Assembly (NCBI GenBank): GCA_021767705.1
Contig: JAASSU010000001.1
Location: forward strand, 7,558 to 71,557
From: Bacteroidota bacterium
GTDB taxonomy: Bacteria > Bacteroidota > Bacteroidia > Bacteroidales > JAIPAH01
Direction: 5' to 3'
Length of the DNA stretch: 64,000 nt
Shown one piece after another: positions 48,378-55,704 of the stretch. The notes under the pieces were generated by a model. That model worked only from the letters and a program-made list of their open reading frames with translations. It had not been told where the DNA came from and searched no databases. The stretch's first letter is position 1; each line of letters opens with the position of its first letter. The translations under genes were made by a program, and so were the position numbers.

Positions 48378-49046
48378 ATGAATTTTTTAAACACTTTTCT
48401 GTTTACCGTATTGCCATATATGGCTTTGTTCGTGTTTTTGGCAGGAACCATCTACCGATATCGTACTTCAAAATTCAGTTATTCCTCCCTTTCATCACAA
48501 TTCCTGGAGAGCCGGAAGTTGTTTTATGGTTCGCAGGCTTTTCACTGGGGACTGGTTATTCTGTTTTTCGGACACCTGGCCGGCTTCCTGTTTCCAAAAA
48601 GCATTATTGCCCTGAGTAGCCAGCCCGTGCGAATCCTGATAATTGAGATTACTGCCCTGATTGCCGGATTTCTGACCCTGACAGGAATGATAATGCTCAT
48701 CGTCCGCCGGATTTTCAACAGCCGTTTACGCAAGGTCTCCACCGCCATGGATTGGATTCTGGAAAGCGTATTGCTTTTTGAAATCCTTTTTGGGATAGCC
48801 ATTGCCTTCTCACACCGCTGGGGCTCGGCCTGGTTTGCAGCAGTGCTTACGCCTTATCTCAAATCAGTATTAATTCTTAATCCAGACTTGCAAGCTGTAA
48901 GTGCCGCACCCTGGATGATAAAAGTGCACATTACCGGATTTTACCTGTTACTCATACTTTTCCCATTTACCCGCTTAGTGCATGTGTTAGTTTATCCTGT
49001 CAGGTATATCTGGAGACCATTTCAGCGAGTAATCTGGTATCATTGA
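48378..49046 (+). CDS. narI: Respiratory nitrate reductase gamma subunit (copy 2)
   Basis: 222 aa with 5 TM and the same His-helix pattern as copy 1 (FHWGLVILFFGH, KVHITG, VHVLVYP). Confidence 0.85.
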   Translation: MNFLNTFLFTVLPYMALFVFLAGTIYRYRTSKFSYSSLSSQFLESRKLFYGSQAFHWGLVILFFGHLAGFLFPKSIIALSSQPVRILIIEITALIAGFLTLTGMIMLIVRRIFNSRLRKVSTAMDWILESVLLFEILFGIAIAFSHRWGSAWFAAVLTPYLKSVLILNPDLQAVSAAPWMIKVHITGFYLLLILFPFTRLVHVLVYPVRYIWRPFQRVIWYH

Positions 49047-49164
49047 AAAAATAGCAAGTGGCCTTATTAGAATTTCTATTTTCGCTGGTTGAAACAACAA
49101 TGGTATCGTGGACTATATATTAAGAAATGAAAATCCGAAAATTCTATAATCCGTTTAACGGCTC

Positions 49165-50892
49165 ATGAGTACTTATCTTCCGCAAAAAGCGATACCAGAA
49201 AAATGGATGAAGGCCACTGTTGTGGGAAGCCTTTGGGCAGTGGTGGAAATTGTGCTGGGCAGCATGCTTCACAACATCAAGATTCCCCTGGCAGGAACAA
49301 TACTGTCATTTATCACCGTTTACCTGGTTATCTCCTATTTCCAGTTATGGAAAACCAACGGCATCATCTGGCGTGCAGGGCTGATATGTGCTTTGATGAA
49401 ATCGCTATCGCCCAGCTCTATCATCCTGGGTCCTATGGTGGGGATACTTTCCGAGGCCTTACTGCTGGAATTGGCCATCAGAACCCTGGGCAAAAACGGC
49501 CTGGCTTATGCCATTGGGGGAGCTATGGCCGTATTTAGCGCACTCATTCAGAAAGCCTCCACCTTTTTGATCTTGTACGGATGGGATATTGTTGCCCTGA
49601 TAAAAAACATGTACCACTTCGCTGTTAAGCAGCTAAGCTTTGGGAACATCCCGATAATTCAGGCTTTAGGATTAATGTCGGCTATCTATCTTATCAGTGG
49701 CGCTGTGGCAGCCATAGCAGGTTACAGGACCGGCAAAAGCTTTACGAAGAATGTACATGACACCTTTACACCTTCCTTCACGCATCAGGCGCAAAGCAAC
49801 TTGTTCCGTCATTCCAGGAAGCTAAACTACTCACTGGCGGGGTTACTCGTCATATTCGTTTTGCTTGTGGGAGGGTTGCTGGTGATTACGAAAAGCGGAA
49901 TATTTTTCTCCGCTGCTTTTACGCTTGTTTTTACAGGTGCTATGTATGCACGCTACGGTAAAAATATGCGGAGATTTAAAAAGCCGGCGTTCTGGATTCA
50001 GATATCAGCCATCCTGCTTTTTTCAGCCCTCTTTTTCGACGGCATTTCGCCAGAAAACATCTTCCGTAAAGAAGGCTGGATAATTGGGCTGGACATGGTT
50101 TTCAGAGCACTGATGATTATCAGTGCCTTTTCAGGTATCAGTATTGAGCTGAAAAATCCGGTCATCAAAAATATCCTGTACAAACGCGGACTAAAAAACC
50201 TTTATCAATCCCTTGAGATGGCCTTCTCGGCCCTGCCCGGGCTGATGGTAGCCTTCTCTGCTAAAAAAAACGGCATCCTGGGATTCAGGAAACTTACGCA
50301 CACCATGCTTGAAAGCTCGCGCTCCCTGCTCGAAAGCTTTAGTGAAACGGAAAAAAACCGCCCAGATGTCTTCATCCTCACCGGCGATGTGGATGAAGGC
50401 AAAACAGTTACGGCACGTCGGATTGTTGACCAACTCAAAGACAAAGGATGGAATATTCGCGGTTTGTTATCCACCAAGAAGATGGATGATCCGGAAAAAC
50501 ACGGATACTTTATCAAAGATATCACAAGCGGCAAGAAAGCCCGGTTGTGTTCGCAAAACCCCGATCAGGGAAGCATCAAAACCGGACGGTTTTATTTCTC
50601 CGAAGAAGGAATAAAGTTTGGTGAAAAAGTCCTTCTGCAATCTATTGAACATCCCACTGACCTGGTAGTTATCGATGAGCTGGGGCCACTTGAACTGAAC
50701 GATAAGGGCTGGTCACCGGCCATAGAACAACTGCTAACAAAAAGTAAAAAACCTCATCTATGGGTTGTAAGAGAAAAACTGGTCAACATCGTCATGAGGA
50801 AATGGCATATCGGGGATGTAACTGTTTTTAACATCAAAGAAGATTCGATAGAGGAAACTATAGCTGGTATCAGGAAACATATCGCAAAGTAA
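49165..50892 (+). CDS. Fusion protein: N-terminal polytopic membrane domain (about 390 aa) + C-terminal THEP1/DUF2478-like P-loop NTPase
   Basis: The first two thirds are hydrophobic TM segments. The C-terminal domain has Walker A LTGDVDEGKT and Walker B plus a THEP1-like motif, LVVIDELGPLEL. Confidence 0.6.
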   Translation: MSTYLPQKAIPEKWMKATVVGSLWAVVEIVLGSMLHNIKIPLAGTILSFITVYLVISYFQLWKTNGIIWRAGLICALMKSLSPSSIILGPMVGILSEALLLELAIRTLGKNGLAYAIGGAMAVFSALIQKASTFLILYGWDIVALIKNMYHFAVKQLSFGNIPIIQALGLMSAIYLISGAVAAIAGYRTGKSFTKNVHDTFTPSFTHQAQSNLFRHSRKLNYSLAGLLVIFVLLVGGLLVITKSGIFFSAAFTLVFTGAMYARYGKNMRRFKKPAFWIQISAILLFSALFFDGISPENIFRKEGWIIGLDMVFRALMIISAFSGISIELKNPVIKNILYKRGLKNLYQSLEMAFSALPGLMVAFSAKKNGILGFRKLTHTMLESSRSLLESFSETEKNRPDVFILTGDVDEGKTVTARRIVDQLKDKGWNIRGLLSTKKMDDPEKHGYFIKDITSGKKARLCSQNPDQGSIKTGRFYFSEEGIKFGEKVLLQSIEHPTDLVVIDELGPLELNDKGWSPAIEQLLTKSKKPHLWVVREKLVNIVMRKWHIGDVTVFNIKEDSIEETIAGIRKHIAK

Positions 50893-50943
50893 TTAATGAT
50901 ACAGAATGAATTATCATTTTTTTAAGGACCTGACTCTATATTC

Positions 50944-52311
50944 TTATACATACTTCAACCGATTTCCAGCCATCATATTCCTGATCATTTCATATCCCCA
51001 CAATCCGAGTGCAATAACCTCGATGAATCCAGAGTATCCCATTACCTGGTAAGCTCCAGGCACAAAATCAGTGGCTATCTCTGTTGTTACCCTTAAGGCG
51101 TTACCTAAATTGAGCAGGATAAAGGGAATCCACAGCGTATTGGTTTTCCGGCGGTCAATACCTGAAAAATCGGGGACAAATCTGCTGGAAACACCCACAA
51201 TCATCATCAGGATAAACCCTACCGTCAGGGCATGCCGGTAAGCTCCAAAGTAAGCATGTGAGAAAGGGATGGCATCTTCTACCAGCGGCATATAAATCCC
51301 GAAAGTATACACCGGATTCAAAACCAGCAGCACCATGGCGATGATAAACCAGATATATGCTGCACGGATAAACTTTAATCCGCGATCCGGTTTCCTGACT
51401 TTCGTTTTGAACATACGGAACTGTTTCGGAGACCCAATAGCAGCGATAAGTAATACCATAGCTGAAAGCTGATACAAAGCCATCCAAATCCGGTTTTCTG
51501 TAACCATTGAAGCAATAAATGTAACAACACTGATGGCAATGGCGCTATTCACAAAGTAAAGCAGGAAGTTCCGCCATCTTTCAGAAGGTTTTTGCAGTCC
51601 AAAGTACTCCGGTAAAATGCGAAGCGAAACGCCAAGTATCATAACCACTGCCATACCAAGAAGCTGAATATCGCGATACGGGATATTGAAGGTGGAGACG
51701 TTGAAAAGAAATTGTTCTTCCGTGTCCGAGGCTTCAAAAAGCCAGAAAATAACAGGATTAAGTATTGCAGCCAAAACAAACCAACCAAGGGCCGCATAAA
51801 CAAAACGATCCCAGTGGTCAGCGGTTCCTCCTTTCAGTATGGTTTTGGCTATCGCCAGAGCGAAGATAACAACCGCTCCTAACTGAATGATTGCAGAGAA
51901 AACACCCAGCCCAAGGAACGGAACATGGGGTTCCAATATATGCGCCACCATTTGTAAAATAAGTCCTGCTAACATTAATGGGAGCGAGGCATAAGCCAAG
52001 CGGGGCCTCCACAGGGAGGCCTGCTTGAATAGCGGAAAAGCCTGGTAGGCAAACCCCATGATAAACAGGCCAACAAAACCAAAGACCATGGCATGGCCGT
52101 GGGCCAATACCCACGAATAATCTATTGCCGCGAAATTTTTGTCCTCACCAATAAAAAAAAGGTTAATGGCACCCCACAGTGCCCCGACAGATAATAGAAC
52201 AGAAATACCGGCCACAAAGAAGGGCTTGAATATCCGCAGTCTTGCAGCCGGTTTTTCTGTAATATCCGGTTGTTCGGAATATATTGACAGATCTACTGTA
52301 TTCATATTCAA
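50944..52311 (-). CDS. NnrS-like polytopic membrane protein (NO-response family)
   Basis: 455 aa with about 12 TM and the His-rich helix WVLAHGHAMVFGF. It lies immediately downstream of an Rrf2 regulator and ytfE. The family call is by context and pattern only. Confidence 0.5.
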   Translation of the reverse strand: MNMNTVDLSIYSEQPDITEKPAARLRIFKPFFVAGISVLLSVGALWGAINLFFIGEDKNFAAIDYSWVLAHGHAMVFGFVGLFIMGFAYQAFPLFKQASLWRPRLAYASLPLMLAGLILQMVAHILEPHVPFLGLGVFSAIIQLGAVVIFALAIAKTILKGGTADHWDRFVYAALGWFVLAAILNPVIFWLFEASDTEEQFLFNVSTFNIPYRDIQLLGMAVVMILGVSLRILPEYFGLQKPSERWRNFLLYFVNSAIAISVVTFIASMVTENRIWMALYQLSAMVLLIAAIGSPKQFRMFKTKVRKPDRGLKFIRAAYIWFIIAMVLLVLNPVYTFGIYMPLVEDAIPFSHAYFGAYRHALTVGFILMMIVGVSSRFVPDFSGIDRRKTNTLWIPFILLNLGNALRVTTEIATDFVPGAYQVMGYSGFIEVIALGLWGYEMIRNMMAGNRLKYV

Positions 52312-52345
52312 TCATTTGATAGCGAAAGAAAATCATTGCTGAATA

Positions 52346-52789
52346 TCAAACACTCAACCTGCTTAAAACAGCTTCTCCGTTTTCAATTTTTGTTGCCAAC
52401 GATCGAATGGTCTCCTTTTTTAATAGCTGTGTAAAAGCTTCCCTAATAGGCTCGTATTCGTTATGCAAGGGGCAGGGATTATTGGCATCGCAATGTTTAA
52501 ACCCCAAACCGCACTTAGTAAAGAAGATTTTACCTTCCATAATCATCACAACATCAAATAAATAGATTTCCTGTTGATCATCATCTGCAAAGAAAAAACC
52601 ACCACCGCGTCCACGCACTGATTTTAAAAGTCCAAACCGGGTCAGCGTTTGCATAATTTTAGCCACATACTGCTCTGGGGCATCTATATCCCTGGCAATA
52701 GCTTTGAAGCCGCGACGCTTTCCTTTCCTACTGTTCAGCTCGACAGAAACCAATGCTCTTATGGCGTATTCGGTGGTTTTGGATAACAT
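52346..52789 (-). CDS. Rrf2-family transcriptional regulator with three C-terminal Cys (NsrR/IscR-like)
   Basis: N-terminal wHTH is MLSKTTEYAIRALVSV...IARDIDAPEQYVAKIMQTL. The Cys triad is CGLGFKHCDANNPC. Confidence 0.85.
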   Translation of the reverse strand: MLSKTTEYAIRALVSVELNSRKGKRRGFKAIARDIDAPEQYVAKIMQTLTRFGLLKSVRGRGGGFFFADDDQQEIYLFDVVMIMEGKIFFTKCGLGFKHCDANNPCPLHNEYEPIREAFTQLLKKETIRSLATKIENGEAVLSRLSV

Positions 52790-52823
52790 AATCTTGATTT
52801 CAGGTTTTCTTCCGCAAAATTAA

Positions 52824-53552
52824 TTATTCTCCGAAAAAGCTTTGGTACATCTTTTCGGCATTTGGAAAAAGAATATTGTTTTCCAGATGAATGTGCCTGT
52901 GTAAATCCTTCTCGAACTCAAAAAGCTTGTGGTACAATACCCTGAAAGTGTTACAGGCATCCGGTGGTGGATTATAGCTTTCAGATAAGGAATCAATTTC
53001 CTCAAACCTGGCCCCTTCATTTGCATGTTCCTCACGCATCATGGTGATGGGATGTGTTACATGCCCAAACTGTGGCTTCTCCGGTGTGGAACCGTTTTGC
53101 CTGGCTGTTTCCAGTTTACGAATGAAAGGAAACAGGATCAGCTCTTCTTTTTTCATATGCTGTGTTAAAGCGCCAGCCGATTCCTCAAAGAGTTGCCTGA
53201 TCTTATGCAATTCAGGATGATTGTCGCCATGTACAGAGCACACTTTTTCAAGATATTGTTGCAGAACCGGAATATTTTCCGTTACATAAGTATGGTGGTT
53301 TTGCTCGATGTAATCAGCCAGCTCCGCCGAGTTGAGGCTTTGTATATACTGGGTGTCTGCGTCACCATTCATACTCTTTTCAAGTTCGGTAACCAACTGC
53401 TTACTATCCAATCCGCGTTCACGGCAAGCCTCATCTATCGTGATGTGGCCTCCGCAGCAAAAATCAATGTTGTATTTCTCAAAAACGTCTGCAGCTTTCA
53501 GATTATCACTTACAATATCTGAAATCTTCTGCCTGCTATCTATCTGTGACAT
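52824..53552 (-). CDS. ytfE: Iron-sulfur cluster repair di-iron protein (RIC/YtfE/ScdA)
   Basis: N-terminal ScdA_N motif is FEKYNIDFCCGG. C-terminal hemerythrin-like His/Glu motifs include HHTYV, HGDNHPEL, EELILFP, EHANEG and HIHLENNILFP. Confidence 0.9.
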   Translation of the reverse strand: MSQIDSRQKISDIVSDNLKAADVFEKYNIDFCCGGHITIDEACRERGLDSKQLVTELEKSMNGDADTQYIQSLNSAELADYIEQNHHTYVTENIPVLQQYLEKVCSVHGDNHPELHKIRQLFEESAGALTQHMKKEELILFPFIRKLETARQNGSTPEKPQFGHVTHPITMMREEHANEGARFEEIDSLSESYNPPPDACNTFRVLYHKLFEFEKDLHRHIHLENNILFPNAEKMYQSFFGE

Positions 53553-53565
53553 AATTTATTATTTT

Positions 53566-53589
53566 AATAAAGATATTAAGGTCTTTATT
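53566..53589. promoter_or_regulatory. 24-bp palindromic operator candidate in the ytfE promoter
   Basis: AATAAAGAT-ATTAAG-GTCTTTATT, with 9-bp arms matching at 8 of 9 positions. It starts 4 nt downstream (minus strand) of the -7 box. A near-identical copy lies at 55614-55637. Confidence 0.55.
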
Positions 53590-53592
53590 GCG

Positions 53593-53600
53593 CAAATATA
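53593..53600 (-). promoter_or_regulatory. -7 box TAnnTTTG for the ytfE-rrf2-nnrS transcription unit
   Basis: The minus strand reads TATATTTG, 40 nt upstream of the ytfE ATG. Confidence 0.4.
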
Positions 53601-53696
53601 TAATTTTTTGTCACAACATCAATAAATAATTCAAAAAAAGGAGACTTTCTCCATTCGTCTCCTCTTATCACCTTACACAGATGCAGGGTTTTTTGA

Positions 53697-54923
53697 TTAA
53701 TTCCATTCTAGCAGCCGTTTCTCACCCTCCAGTTGCCTGATGCCCGTAGCATCCTGGCTGACTTCAACTACGCCTCTGTAGTTTTGATTTTCATCCCGCA
53801 AAGCAAAATACTGTATCAGGATAAACTTTCCTTTCATCTGTATCCAGAAATCAGCATGGTCTTTTTCTCCATTGCGAAAAGCACTGACAATCTTTTCAAC
53901 TATATGAACGCTTTCCGGTGGATGGCAGTTTTGAACTGTACGACCAATTATGGCAGGACTGCGCGGAAAAAACCGGTCTTTTGCCCTGTTAAAGAATAAA
54001 ACCTCATCATTTTCATCCACCACCGTGATATCCACGGGCAAGTGATTAAAAACCATGAGTGCCTGCTTAAATGACATTTGTCCGGTTTCCGACTGTAGCC
54101 AGAAATCCTGTGGTCTGCTTTCCTCCTGAGATTCGGGTGAAGCTTCAGATGATTTTACTTCAGGTTTATTGGGCGTCTCAATAAATGGGAAACCATACTC
54201 AAAACTTTGAAAATGCATCTCTTCCATAATTTCTTTATTTAGTGCTTCTGCAGCCACGGGATAAATTATCAGGTTTTCTTTCTGTATCATGCCAAAAACT
54301 AAAAAATAATATTTGCCGAGTTTTTTGTTAAAAGCATTCCAGGTGGATTCTTGCTGCAACAACATATTTATTATTTCTTTCAAATTCTGGCGTATATCAT
54401 CATGAAGTGACCACATTACATTTAGTGGGCGGTAACTATCGAGCGTTTTCTCAAGATAAGGAAACAGGATGTTCTCCTTTTTTACATAATGCGTTTCAAA
54501 GTCAAGAAACTCCCTGAACTTGGGCAAAAGCTCCTTTTTCATATCTTCAAACTGTTCATTTTCTTTGCCCTTAAAACTTTTCAGGATTTTCTTCACTTGG
54601 TTTAACTTAAACTTGAAAGCATCATTCTCTATTAACAAAAAGTAAAGAAATGACCCATCTGTTGGTTTTTCCCACTCATAACTCTCCAATGACTTAAAAA
54701 ACACATTCATCACTTTTTCAATGTCGCTTTTAATCATTTGGGGTGTAATCCCCATTTTTATTTGCCTGTCTTCCATTCGAAGCATGTCATGAGGCGTAAT
54801 ACTTTTAATAGCAGTATCGTACTTTACCATCAATGTCCTTACATTCTCGCCGTTCATTACTCCTAATGAAAAGGCAAGTAAATCTTCCAGACGCTTTTCG
54901 CTATTATTGATAAATTCTGACAT
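53697..54923 (-). CDS. DUF438 / hemerythrin-like + C-terminal PAS-domain protein
   Basis: N-terminal hemerythrin-like repeats include HYVKKENILFPYLEK. The C-terminal PAS-like module is VVDENDEVLFFNRAKDRFFPRSPAIIGRTVQNCHPPESVHIVEKIV...GVVEVSQD. Confidence 0.7.
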   Translation of the reverse strand: MSEFINNSEKRLEDLLAFSLGVMNGENVRTLMVKYDTAIKSITPHDMLRMEDRQIKMGITPQMIKSDIEKVMNVFFKSLESYEWEKPTDGSFLYFLLIENDAFKFKLNQVKKILKSFKGKENEQFEDMKKELLPKFREFLDFETHYVKKENILFPYLEKTLDSYRPLNVMWSLHDDIRQNLKEIINMLLQQESTWNAFNKKLGKYYFLVFGMIQKENLIIYPVAAEALNKEIMEEMHFQSFEYGFPFIETPNKPEVKSSEASPESQEESRPQDFWLQSETGQMSFKQALMVFNHLPVDITVVDENDEVLFFNRAKDRFFPRSPAIIGRTVQNCHPPESVHIVEKIVSAFRNGEKDHADFWIQMKGKFILIQYFALRDENQNYRGVVEVSQDATGIRQLEGEKRLLEWN

Positions 54924-55029
54924 AATCTTTTGTTTTTTATCGTATACAGTTTAAATATTGAAGTTTTTTGAACCTGTTAAAGCCTTGTCAAACTTCAGAA
55001 CATAGTTATTTTCTCATTCCGATCTATTA

Positions 55030-55605
55030 TCATTTTAAATCAGAACCCTCATTAATGTTTTTAAATAAATATTTATGATAATACTCATGCGTGGTTTCAA
55101 TATTGATGACTTTAGTCTTGCATTGTGATAACAAATCAAGCATCTTTCGATTACTGCCTAAAATACGTTGCTTTACAACAGATAAAATTCGCTTATTGTA
55201 AATAGCACAAAGGGGCTCTATTAAACCTCTGTGAGAAGGAACTATAATATCTGATGAATTATCAGTTTTTGATATCAGATATTCGATTAAACCTTCATTT
55301 ATATAAGGCATGTCGCAGGCAACAATTAATACACAATCGTTTTTTGTATGATAAAGGCAGGAATAAAGGCCACCAATCGGGCCGGCTAATGGATATACAT
55401 CTTCAATAACCTTGTATCCAAACTTGGAATATTCATCATAATTATTTGTGCTTATAATAATTGGGCTAACGATTTTCTCTATTGTATCAATTACATGCAC
55501 AACCATTGGTTTCCCATCCAGCTCAACCAAGCCCTTGTCTTTGCCCATTCTCTTGCTTTGCCCGCCTGCTAAAATGCATGCACTTATTGGTTGCTTATTG
55601 ATCAT
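55030..55605 (-). CDS. mobA: Molybdenum cofactor guanylyltransferase
   Basis: 191 aa with the N-terminal motif ILAGGQSKRMGKDKGL and PLAGPIGG. Confidence 0.85.
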   Translation of the reverse strand: MINKQPISACILAGGQSKRMGKDKGLVELDGKPMVVHVIDTIEKIVSPIIISTNNYDEYSKFGYKVIEDVYPLAGPIGGLYSCLYHTKNDCVLIVACDMPYINEGLIEYLISKTDNSSDIIVPSHRGLIEPLCAIYNKRILSVVKQRILGSNRKMLDLLSQCKTKVINIETTHEYYHKYLFKNINEGSDLK

Positions 55606-55613
55606 AAAACAAA

Positions 55614-55637
55614 ATTAAAGATTTTAAGGTCTTTATT
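55614..55637. promoter_or_regulatory. Second copy of the 24-bp palindrome, in the mobA/norB divergent intergenic region
   Basis: ATTAAAGAT-TTTAAG-GTCTTTATT. On the minus strand its arm overlaps a TAATTTTG box that sits directly before the mobA ATG. On the plus strand it ends 67 nt before the norB ATG. Confidence 0.55.
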
Positions 55638-55704
55638 ACTCTTTATTAATCATTTTTTATAGTTTAGCGACATTAAAATTAATATACAAATCAAAAATGG
55701 AATT

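Noticed and set aside
52820-53035. 71-aa minus-strand ORF overlapping the 3' end of ytfE
   Set aside because: It is on the same strand as ytfE in a different frame and has no support.
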